64,000 bases of DNA from a candidate division WOR-3 bacterium. Its GTDB lineage: Bacteria > SDB-A. How positions within the stretch are numbered: the first letter of the stretch is position 1; each line of letters begins with the position of its first letter. The notes beneath the pieces were generated by a model. That model was not told the DNA's origin. It made no database searches and was given only the letters and a program-made list of their open reading frames with translations. Positions 30,201-37,281 of this stretch are shown piece by piece. The position numbers were made by a program, and so were the translations under genes. The DNA lies in the NCBI GenBank assembly GCA_016926475.1, contig JAFGON010000021.1, positions 9,626 through 73,625 of the forward strand. Direction: 5' to 3'.

Positions 30201-30694
30201 ATTTCAGAGAGTATTCCGGCGAATTTTTCGGCTCCCTTTTCGTCTCCAGCCAAAAGTCTTCTGGGTATCTCCCCGCTCATGCATCCTCCAAGCGCTATCA
30301 ACCCTTCGGAATAGCTGCCGAGGATATCAATATCTTGCCTTGCTCTGCCCCAGAAATACCCTTCGATAAAGCCTAGCGAAGAGAGCTTGACGAGGTTTTT
30401 ATACCCTGCTTCATTCTTGCAAAGAAGGGTGAGGTGCCTGAAATCCGAAACTTTGCTTTTTGCCCTAATCCCAGCAGGATCAATGTAAGCTTCCATCCCT
30501 ATTATCGGTTTTACGCTGGCTTTTTTGCACTTTTTGTAAAACTCAACCGCTCCTGACATATTCCCATGGTCGGTCAGAGCCAAAGCCTTCATCCCGAGAA
30601 ACGAGGCCTTTTTTACCAGTTTTGTTATAGATGCGGCTCCGTCTAAAAAACTGTAATCCGAGTGGACGTGGAGATGGACAAAATCTTTGACCAA
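27248..30694 (-). CDS. dnaE: DNA polymerase III alpha subunit
   Basis: PHP FVHLHVHSDYSFLDG; GPGRGSAVGS; PDIDLDF; YGFNKSH. Confidence 0.97.
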   Translation of the reverse strand: MVKDFVHLHVHSDYSFLDGAASITKLVKKASFLGMKALALTDHGNMSGAVEFYKKCKKASVKPIIGMEAYIDPAGIRAKSKVSDFRHLTLLCKNEAGYKNLVKLSSLGFIEGYFWGRARQDIDILGSYSEGLIALGGCMSGEIPRRLLAGDEKGAEKFAGILSEIFHGDFYLELMDIGLPQNDSLNRAQIELAKKAGIGVVATNDVHFIDKQDHLAHEALLCINTKKTFTDEDRMTSPKGIYFKSQAEMYESFREVPEALENTVKIAEKCVFEMTLDPNSPRLPDFDIPPGFKRPEEYLKHLTWEGAKQKFKGGMTEKIVSRIEEELSVIEQTGYAGYFLIIADIVREAKKNKIRVGPGRGSAVGSMVLYCLDIVTINPMEYSLLFERFLNPERVTAPDIDLDFADDRRNEVIEYMVRRFGRDAVCYIGTAASLGARQVVRDVAKVLGLTPKEIDELSSNMPETYFIDKPSEDSRSDVEWVYENNLNGFREKVDSDARLVKLVQIASKLEGLKRQPGIHAAGFIIAPGNLTDFVPLRKDKFGQIVCQYDMDSITDVGLIKVDILGLTALTTIDKTVDLIEKSRNNPVDMEKISLEDKKTFKLLSSGQTKGIFQLESKGMKNLCVQLKPESIQEVIAIISLYRPGPMDHIDKFIARKNRKEKTDFLHECLKPILEETYGIPIYQEQVMQITSAVAGYNLGKADILRRAMGKKKKEVMESEKENFFNGARERGIDKKTAQKIWEMIEPFAGYGFNKSHGAGYAFLAYYTAYLKTHYPVEFITATLTTEISNTDKIAEFVEEARRLKINILPPQVNYSEVAFSVENKYIRYALGAIKNVGEKAANEIVHEREERGLFKDFDDFLNRINFDSATKRTVEYLVKAGAFDDLDPDRKKLLDYFDKGIEKAASKKKHKLMGQIELFGNGELDRHEIDSISVDPWSYREKVDAEQEAFGFKIDAYPLEEYKKFINFKGLCEICELPNVKDENCYAAGMLIKVENGKESLNLTLEDKNTVMEVVLVNPDSKIHSGFLSRKYIGKIIAVRGVTKKVDGKKILYADEAKPIDDAISQSKKFLQIEIKEEDMKDSVLNNIKEAIDLHNGECEVFFLLRERNRKIKIKSGLSVCFDRSLVNELENIVDYRGKVKYVAEISC

Positions 30695-31522
30695 CTATTT
30701 CTTCCTGACCCTGAGTTTGATAATTTTTTGCCTTGTGGCTTCGACAACTTCAAAATCCAGTCCATGAGCTGAAAATTCATCCCCTTTTTTGGGGATTTTC
30801 TCCTGGTTGTCGAGGACAAATCCGCCCACCGTGTTGTAGTCCTCCGATTCGAGATTCAAACCCAGTAGTTCGTTGAAATCGGAGAATTCCATCCTCGCGT
30901 TTACAAGATACCACCCATCTTCCTGCTCTATGTAGTCATCTTCTTCCCCTTCCCTCGAATCCTCGATTTCTCCAATAATTTCTTCTATGAGGTCTTCGAG
31001 AGTGACAATGCCGCATACACCGCCGTATTCGTCGACGACCATCGCAATGGAGAGATGCCTTTCCTGTAGGTCTTTAATAGTCTCGAGGACTGTTTTGCTC
31101 TCAGGGATAAAATGAGGCAAAAGAGCGAAGTCTATCGCTTTGTAAGGAACTTCCATTATCTCGTGGAGAAATGGTATAACGTCTTTTACCTTTAAAATCC
31201 CAACGACATCGTCAATGTTGTTACCGTAGAGAGGAATTTTCCCAAATCGGTGAAGAGTGTAGTTTTCAATAATCTCTTCAACAATGGCTGTTGCCGGCAA
31301 AAAAACAGTCTCAACCCTCGGAACCATAATCTCTTCAACTCTTGTGCTAGTGAGGTATATGACCCCTTTTAGTATGTCGGCTTCGGCTTCAGAAATTATA
31401 CCTGATTCTTTCCCCTGTTCAATTATTGTTTCGGCTTCTTTTTGTTTGTTCTCTTTTCTGTTTTTTATCAGTTCTCTTATGAATTCAATGATTTTTTTCC
31501 GCCTTGTTGTTTTTCCGTCCAT
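30695..31522 (-). CDS. CorC/HlyC-type CBS-domain protein
   Basis: IMVPRVE, CBS pair, VVDEYGG..GIVTLEDLIEEIIGEI, CorC_HlyC C-terminal domain. Confidence 0.88.
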   Translation of the reverse strand: MDGKTTRRKKIIEFIRELIKNRKENKQKEAETIIEQGKESGIISEAEADILKGVIYLTSTRVEEIMVPRVETVFLPATAIVEEIIENYTLHRFGKIPLYGNNIDDVVGILKVKDVIPFLHEIMEVPYKAIDFALLPHFIPESKTVLETIKDLQERHLSIAMVVDEYGGVCGIVTLEDLIEEIIGEIEDSREGEEDDYIEQEDGWYLVNARMEFSDFNELLGLNLESEDYNTVGGFVLDNQEKIPKKGDEFSAHGLDFEVVEATRQKIIKLRVRKK

Positions 31523-31529
31523 TTCCTTT

Positions 31530-32189
31530 TTATCCCTCTCTTATTTTTACTATTTTTTTCGGCGTAATTATGCCACCTGACACTATAATCCTCAACCCCT
31601 CTTCTATGGTCAGATCCGTCATTTTTATCTCCTTCTCCGGTAAAAGCAAATAAAACCCCGATGTCGGGTTGGGAGTCGTCGGAATAAAAACTGAACTCAG
31701 TTTTGTGCCATTCCCCTCCGCGCAAGTTTTTTCAACCCATGATTCTGTGTTGGTCAAAAATCCGAGTGACCAACATCCGGTTCTTGGATATTCAATCATG
31801 ACAACTTTTTGAAAAGCCCTTTTATCGAGAAAAAAAGTCTCCGTGAGTTCTTTGACACCGTTGTAGACTATCTTGACAAGAGGGAGTTTAGTCATAACCG
31901 AATGTGTCCAGTTAATCAACATTTTACCTAAAAAAGTTCTCGCCACCGCACCTATCAAAAAAACGAATCCGACCAATATGGAAAAACCGATAATATCTTC
32001 AACAATTTCGGGTAAGTTCAAATAATCGGCGAAAGGTTTCAGGACATTTCCGCCCAATTCAATTATGAATTTGAACGCTATCAGGGTTAAGCCCAACGGC
32101 AAAACAGTCACAATTCCGGTCACAAAGATGTTTCTTATCTTGGATTTAAACCCCAGCCCAGGGTGAGGCAGGTCGTCTTTGTCTTCCAT
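31530..32189 (-). CDS. DUF502 family membrane protein
   Basis: TGIVTVLPLGLT, LPLVKIVY, EYPR.G, VFIPTTPNPTSGF, IVSGG. Confidence 0.85.
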   Translation of the reverse strand: MEDKDDLPHPGLGFKSKIRNIFVTGIVTVLPLGLTLIAFKFIIELGGNVLKPFADYLNLPEIVEDIIGFSILVGFVFLIGAVARTFLGKMLINWTHSVMTKLPLVKIVYNGVKELTETFFLDKRAFQKVVMIEYPRTGCWSLGFLTNTESWVEKTCAEGNGTKLSSVFIPTTPNPTSGFYLLLPEKEIKMTDLTIEEGLRIIVSGGIITPKKIVKIREG

Positions 32190-32192
32190 CTT

Positions 32193-32810
32193 CTATTTCA
32201 TTATTCCGAGCCAGTCGTGAAGCAGAAAATAAAACCTTCCGATCAGCAAAGATATTCTCGCCATTACAGTGTAACCAAAAGAAGCGCCAAATGTGATCAT
32301 CAAAAATATCATTCCCAACCTTCCTCCCGCCCTGAAAATTCCTCTGTGCTCGATAGAAAAAAAGAAGTAGAAAAGTCCGGTCGCGGTCCCTAAAAGAAGG
32401 ATTATCTGCCCCAAAGAAATCCAGATGTTTCCGTTCCAAAGAGGGACGATGGCTGAAAAGACCTGTTCGTAAAGATTTGATTTCAAAAAAGTGACAAATC
32501 CGTAGCCAGCTCCGATTCCGACCACAAAAGCTATAGACAAATGAGAAAACCACCTGGTCTTGTTAAAAAGTTGCAACATCATGAAAACAGAGAGAATCGC
32601 CGGAAACACGTAGATCCAGTTGCCGGTTTTAAGGGGAATTATCAGGTTCGGTATGACAACGTCATGCCAGCCTTGGACCAACAGGTATCCGGCTGAAACT
32701 CCGACGTATATAGACTCGGCGATTTTATAAAATACATTGTCTCTGTATAAAAAGCTAAATATCGCCAAGGTCAGGAAGCCGGCGATCCAAATTCCAATTG
32801 TCTCAACCAT
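32193..32810 (-). CDS. Hypothetical polytopic membrane protein (subunit D of the four-gene cluster)
   Basis: About 6 TM helices; SFLYRDN; three GxxxGY repeats; ATG at 32810 overlaps the upstream gene end. Confidence 0.8.
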   Translation of the reverse strand: MVETIGIWIAGFLTLAIFSFLYRDNVFYKIAESIYVGVSAGYLLVQGWHDVVIPNLIIPLKTGNWIYVFPAILSVFMMLQLFNKTRWFSHLSIAFVVGIGAGYGFVTFLKSNLYEQVFSAIVPLWNGNIWISLGQIILLLGTATGLFYFFFSIEHRGIFRAGGRLGMIFLMITFGASFGYTVMARISLLIGRFYFLLHDWLGIMK

Positions 32811-33639
32811 CTTTCCCGTCTCGTTTTCCAATAAAATATACAACGTTGCCGAAAAGTATAAATACTATTATGCACACATGCGCTATTGATTGTGCTCCCA
32901 TGCCGCTAGAAGCCATGCCCGGGTTTTCGAGCAGCTGTTCGTAATCAGCCGCTCCCGCCATTCCGCCGATCAAGCCCTGGAGTTGTCCTGAATTGAAATA
33001 CGGAGTGTACGCCGGAGCGCTCACAGCAGTGCAACCGGCTATTATCTGCTTTTCGTATTTGTCTTTACCTATCTGAACCCAACCAATAACTCCTGGATCA
33101 CCCGCTGAAAGTGTCACAATTACGGAAACCCTGTCGAGGTTGAAGTTGACCCCTTGGAGCAGTTCGATTTCATCGGCGCTCTTTCCTGTCAGATCTCTGG
33201 GGCAGGTTTTCCTGATATCTCCAATTATGTTGTCAATGGCTACAATTCCGCCTGATTTGTATCCGAGGTTCACGTAGTTTTTCCATCTCTCTTTTCCGTA
33301 TTTGGAAGCTCCTTCGTTGAGGGCGTTCTCGGCGAATCGCACACCTTGAGGCCAAAGAGCTACAACTATCACATCGATGTCTTTTGAAAAAGCGTGTTCG
33401 ATTATCGACTTACCCATCGGATAAAGTTCCGGTGCCGCCGCGGGATCAAAATCAAAAGAGACGAGAATTATTGAATTTTCAGGCAGGCTGTCAATAAAAG
33501 AATACGCTTCCCAAACAGCTTTGGAGTCATTTTTGTTTACGATGATCGGTATATTGAGAGGGAGAACTAAAGGTACAGCGACTGCCAGTGCGATAAAAAG
33601 GAAAATTATCCTCCTGTCTAGTTCAAAAAACCTTTTCAA
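32803..33639 (-). CDS. Hypothetical membrane-anchored protein (subunit C; TM-alpha/beta domain-TM)
   Basis: N- and C-terminal TM helices; YVNLGY, PYFNSGQLQGLIGGMAGAADYE motifs; TTG start overlaps the upstream TGA. Confidence 0.8.
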   Translation of the reverse strand: MKRFFELDRRIIFLFIALAVAVPLVLPLNIPIIVNKNDSKAVWEAYSFIDSLPENSIILVSFDFDPAAAPELYPMGKSIIEHAFSKDIDVIVVALWPQGVRFAENALNEGASKYGKERWKNYVNLGYKSGGIVAIDNIIGDIRKTCPRDLTGKSADEIELLQGVNFNLDRVSVIVTLSAGDPGVIGWVQIGKDKYEKQIIAGCTAVSAPAYTPYFNSGQLQGLIGGMAGAADYEQLLENPGMASSGMGAQSIAHVCIIVFILFGNVVYFIGKRDGKDG

Positions 33640-34250
33640 TTGAGGTATGACCTTTCAATTCCGAAAATAATTCTCAGAGATGTCGAAATTACTCCGAGAG
33701 CTGCGCCTATCATTATTGCTCTTTGCCCCGCCGTGTTTGGTATCTCCATAATCCAGGCTTGAACAGAGGGAAGATACGGGAATATCATTTTTCCTATCGG
33801 TACCCTGCCCAACATGACCAAAATCGCCGCCAAAAGAAGCAGTCCCGCTTCAAGGTTTCTCGCTCTGAAAGCCCTGAAAGAAGCCGAAGCGACAAAAAAA
33901 GCAAGAAGGGAAAACATAGTGGCATTCAGGGGGGTGTAGAAATGGCTGAAAATATAATCAAAAGCCGACCCTTCTTCCATTCCACCACCCCAACCGGCGA
34001 AAACAGTCACCAAAAGAGAAAATATTATAATGGAAGAATAAATCCACCCTTTTCTTTTTTTCATTATTTTAATGGAATTCACTCTGATGAGGTTTAAAAT
34101 ACCGAGTATCATTGAAAACACCGCAACGACCATGTACCAATTTTTAAGCGTGTTCGCCGCTTCTCCTATGGGATACCTCGGTACGTAAAAAGACGCTATT
34201 ATCATCATACCGCTTAAAAAAGTTATCGCGAGAGGAATATACCTTTTCAT
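33636..34250 (-). CDS. Hypothetical polytopic membrane protein (subunit B)
   Basis: About 6 TM helices; FSLLAFFVASASFRAFRARN, RAIMIGAALG..LRIIFGIER. Confidence 0.8.
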   Translation of the reverse strand: MKRYIPLAITFLSGMMIIASFYVPRYPIGEAANTLKNWYMVVAVFSMILGILNLIRVNSIKIMKKRKGWIYSSIIIFSLLVTVFAGWGGGMEEGSAFDYIFSHFYTPLNATMFSLLAFFVASASFRAFRARNLEAGLLLLAAILVMLGRVPIGKMIFPYLPSVQAWIMEIPNTAGQRAIMIGAALGVISTSLRIIFGIERSYLN

Positions 34251-34268
34251 GCCTGTTGGTTTCCCTTT

Positions 34269-35555
34269 CTAACCAGTGAAAAAAATGTTTTTGACGAAAT
34301 CGATTCCAAATGAACTGAGAATGCTCCCGAGAATCAGCGCGATGATAGCAGCCGCTTTGCCGAAGTCTTGCGCTTTAAGACTGCCTACAAGACGAGGGTC
34401 GTCTGACAAGTATGCGCTTGCAGCGAAAAATTCTTCTCCGATTAGAGTATAGTCGCATGCGGCGACAAAGAATGGCAACTGAGAGGGGTCGGCGGTACCT
34501 GAAATCTGGATAGCTCCAATGGAATGACCCGTTTCGGCTAATATCAGAGATTCTGCGTAAAAATGACCCATCAAAAAAACCGTGGCTGGTTTTTCTCTAA
34601 CCATTATGCCGTCGACAGCTGCGGCGTAGCCGAATTGGTCTCCCGTAAGGTAGAAAACCGAATTTTCGTCGTAGGAATCGGGCTTGCCCTCCTGAATATA
34701 AGCTTGCCTGACTATTTCCTTCGCAGTGTTATAAGCCACCGGAGCTATGGAAGGAACAGAAAGTTTACTCTCGTAGTTGGCGACTTTTTTCGCTACTCTG
34801 CCCAGAATTATCATACCTGCTATCGTCTGAACGTCGTCCATATCCATAATTCCGGGTATAAAAAGAACATCTTTTCCCATTTCAGTTGCTCTGCCTATCG
34901 CTTCATCTACCGCATCTATTCCGCTCAATTTTCTTATAAAAAAGTTTTTGCCCCTGCCTGCGCTCACAATGAAAAAAACCAAAAGAGATGCAAATACCAG
35001 GCTTCCGGCAAACATTGAAACATTCGCCTTTAAAAACCATGGTTTGTAGTAGCTCATATATTCGGTCACCGACGAGGTCAATGCTTTTGAACCTTTGAAA
35101 TAAGCCATTGCATAATAACTGTACTTTCTACCTTCAAGTATATTTTCGTCAAACACAACCAGGGAATCCGCCCTGATGACAGCGGTGTCTCGGCCACATA
35201 TTTTAAACAAGACCAAGCTGTCGGGGCGTCTCCATTGCGCCTGTTCATCGGGGAAGGGGATTTCCGTAATTATTCCATTTTCCACAGTTGAAAGGCAGAG
35301 GCGAATCTCAAAAACCGTCGTCGAAGTCTCCGTCAGTTTTTTTTTCGTCACTTCCACCGTAATAGTGTCTGGAATCTTCCAAGCGTAATAATTCTCAGCG
35401 ATATTCGAACAGGTATCGACGACATTTTCCTGAGTTTTCGATTCTTCAAAAATCCCGGGCAGGATGGAATTCTTCGTCTTCCTGGCTACAAAATAAGATA
35501 CACCGGCTGAAAAGAAAAAAAATATAGCGAGAAGAATCCCCATGGTCTTTGACAT
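34269..35555 (-). CDS. DUF6754-type membrane protein with N-terminal beta-sandwich (FN3-like) region (subunit A)
   Basis: IRKLSGIDAVDEAIGRATEMGK...AESLILAE.G...QLPFFVAACDYTLIGEE.FAASAYLS recalled as DUF6754; FN3-like FDENILEGRKYSYYA. Confidence 0.75.
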   Translation of the reverse strand: MSKTMGILLAIFFFFSAGVSYFVARKTKNSILPGIFEESKTQENVVDTCSNIAENYYAWKIPDTITVEVTKKKLTETSTTVFEIRLCLSTVENGIITEIPFPDEQAQWRRPDSLVLFKICGRDTAVIRADSLVVFDENILEGRKYSYYAMAYFKGSKALTSSVTEYMSYYKPWFLKANVSMFAGSLVFASLLVFFIVSAGRGKNFFIRKLSGIDAVDEAIGRATEMGKDVLFIPGIMDMDDVQTIAGMIILGRVAKKVANYESKLSVPSIAPVAYNTAKEIVRQAYIQEGKPDSYDENSVFYLTGDQFGYAAAVDGIMVREKPATVFLMGHFYAESLILAETGHSIGAIQISGTADPSQLPFFVAACDYTLIGEEFFAASAYLSDDPRLVGSLKAQDFGKAAAIIALILGSILSSFGIDFVKNIFFTG

Positions 35556-35561
35556 ATTTTT

Positions 35562-35590
35562 AGATTATTTTAAAAAAAAAATCCCGTCAA
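35562..35590 (-). promoter_or_regulatory. Sigma70 promoter, leaderless, for the DUF6754 operon
   Basis: TTGACG-17 nt-TAATCT, then 6 nt to ATG 35555; no SD. Confidence 0.65.
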
Positions 35591-35696
35591 GGGATTCTTG
35601 CTTTGTATAAGGATATAAAATCATGTAAGGGTCAATTAAATACCAGATGAAAAAACTTACAGATCCTCTTCAAATCAACCCATTCCTCTTCCTCGC

Positions 35697-35740
35697 AAAA
35701 AGCTTGGAGCGAATTGTCTCATATTCGCTCCTCGCTTTTG
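35697..35740 (-). terminator. Intrinsic terminator after the receiver-Roadblock / small-protein genes
   Basis: GGAGCGAAT/ATTCGCTCC 9-bp stem with an outer AAAAGC/GCTTTT extension; T-run on the minus strand. Confidence 0.65.
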
Positions 35741-35779
35741 TTTATTTTCGAGTTTCAACAAACCGTGGTTTTAAAAAAA

Positions 35780-35989
35780 TCAACCCAATTTGTCCCTCAA
35801 ATACTCGTCTATGTTCCTTTTGAGAATTTCTTCAGCTATTTTCTTCATTCTGTCTAAGAATTCCTGTTTGTCCTCAATCGCTTTGGCTTGGCTCATACTC
35901 AGCCCGGACTTCTTCGCAAGTAAAAGCCTGCCTTCTGTTCCGCCATGTTCTTCGACAATTTTGTAAATCGCCTCAAGTTTGTCTCCCAT
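35780..35989 (-). CDS. Small hypothetical helical protein (69 aa)
   Basis: Strong GGGAGG SD; MGDKLEAIYKIVEEHGGTEGRLLLAKKSG...; follows the upstream gene by 13 nt. Confidence 0.8.
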   Translation of the reverse strand: MGDKLEAIYKIVEEHGGTEGRLLLAKKSGLSMSQAKAIEDKQEFLDRMKKIAEEILKRNIDEYLRDKLG

Positions 35990-36002
35990 GGATTCCTCCC
36001 TG

Positions 36003-37100
36003 TCAGCCGATTAAGGCTTCTTCGAAACCCGAAAGCGCTTTAGGCATTATGACATTGAGTAAAAGACCCATCGGCGCTTTTTTCGAATCTAAAAGCATTC
36101 CCCACATGAAATCCCCCATTGGTATGACGACAACCATTTTGTCGTCGACCAAATCTATTAAGTAGTATTTTCCCAGAGGGGGAAATTTGGATTCTTGAAG
36201 GGCCTTTTTTAAATAGTTTGTCATCTGATTGAACATAGCGCTTGCGGCAGGTTGGGTGTTAAATCCCGCTACAGACTGTCCGTCTTCTGCCGTGAAAATA
36301 TCTGTCGCCAACAAACCATCTCCGACATCCTTTTTCAGAACTTCTACAGCTTTGTTCAAACCTTGAACATCCATGTTATCCTCCTTTTCCAAGTCTAAAT
36401 TTTCAAAAGCGTTCACCATGTCAGCAACTTCGTCTTTTCTCTTGAAAGCCTCGAGCAACAGGTTCTCAAGAGTCATTGACACTTTGTCTTCGACCCCTTC
36501 GCCCAGGTCACCGATGTCTATTGTCACGTTCTCCCACGTCACTACATCCAGAGCCGCTTCGAGACCTTTTTTGTATTTTGTGTTCGCGTCTATTATCTCC
36601 CCCGCCCGCAACGACAACCCTCCCCTCTTGTCGCCGGAAGACACCGCCAAAGCGCAGGTCATCTTCTCCATGCCCACAATCTGAAGAAAAGTCGACAAAT
36701 TGATGCCTTTCAAAGTCCCTCTTTTCCTCACCGACAGCTCTGATGTGATTATCTTCAGAAGCTGCTCGAAATCGATCGGCTTCTCTATGTAATGTAGTAT
36801 CCCGCTGCTCTTCACCTTCTTTTCTATGTCGCTTGTCCCGAATGCCGTCATGACGATTATAGGAATAGCTGAAAATTTCCTGCTCATGTGGGCTATCAAT
36901 TTGAAACCGTCTACCTCAGGCATCCTCAGGTCCGTTATGACGAGGTCTATGTCCTGGTTCTTCTCAAGAATACCTATGGCGACCCTCCCATTTTCGGCCG
37001 TTATTATCTCCGCGCCTTTCATTTTCTTGCTTATCTTCAAACCGTCAGATAGGCTTTTAAGAAAAAGCGCCTCGTCGTCGACAATCAAAACTTTACTCAT
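36003..37100 (-). CDS. Response regulator receiver + DUF4388 (PatA-N-like) + C-terminal Roadblock/LAMTOR-like domain
   Basis: VLIVDDE..ITDLRMPEVDG..TAFG..EKP receiver; GTLKGINLSTFLQIVGMEKMTC...LENLLLEAFKRKDE DUF4388; C-terminal 123 aa with Roadblock-like pattern. Confidence 0.8.
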   Translation of the reverse strand: MSKVLIVDDEALFLKSLSDGLKISKKMKGAEIITAENGRVAIGILEKNQDIDLVITDLRMPEVDGFKLIAHMSRKFSAIPIIVMTAFGTSDIEKKVKSSGILHYIEKPIDFEQLLKIITSELSVRKRGTLKGINLSTFLQIVGMEKMTCALAVSSGDKRGGLSLRAGEIIDANTKYKKGLEAALDVVTWENVTIDIGDLGEGVEDKVSMTLENLLLEAFKRKDEVADMVNAFENLDLEKEDNMDVQGLNKAVEVLKKDVGDGLLATDIFTAEDGQSVAGFNTQPAASAMFNQMTNYLKKALQESKFPPLGKYYLIDLVDDKMVVVIPMGDFMWGMLLDSKKAPMGLLLNVIMPKALSGFEEALIG

Positions 37101-37113
37101 ACTTCCCTATTAA

Positions 37114-37128
37114 TCAAATTCAGTGCCA
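37114..37128 (-). promoter_or_regulatory. Putative sigma54 (-24/-12) promoter
   Basis: TGGCAC-TGAAT-TTGA (consensus TGGCAC-N5-TTGC, with one mismatch at -12), just downstream of a sigma54 activator gene. Confidence 0.6.
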
Positions 37129-37231
37129 AAACATTCAACTCTGCGATTGCCCTGCATATTGCGGTCTTCGCTGTCTTAACTACAAAATGCTTTATAGTAT
37201 TTAAAACGCTCATTTCGAAAAGCTTAATAAA

Positions 37232-37258
37232 ATTCAAAATGAACGGTTCAAAATAGAC
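37232..37258. promoter_or_regulatory. Candidate tandem enhancer (UAS) sites
   Basis: ATTCAAAATGAAC and GTTCAAAATAGAC, imperfect GTTCA-N3-TGAAC palindromes about 105-130 nt upstream of the -24 element. Confidence 0.4.
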
Positions 37259-37281
37259 AAGTGGGCTATTTGATGCATAAT

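Noticed and set aside
19791..30694. Possible inteins or introns in nrdJ, nrdD or dnaE (common hosts)
   Set aside because: Protein lengths are normal, and no intein splice motifs or homing-endonuclease inserts are seen.
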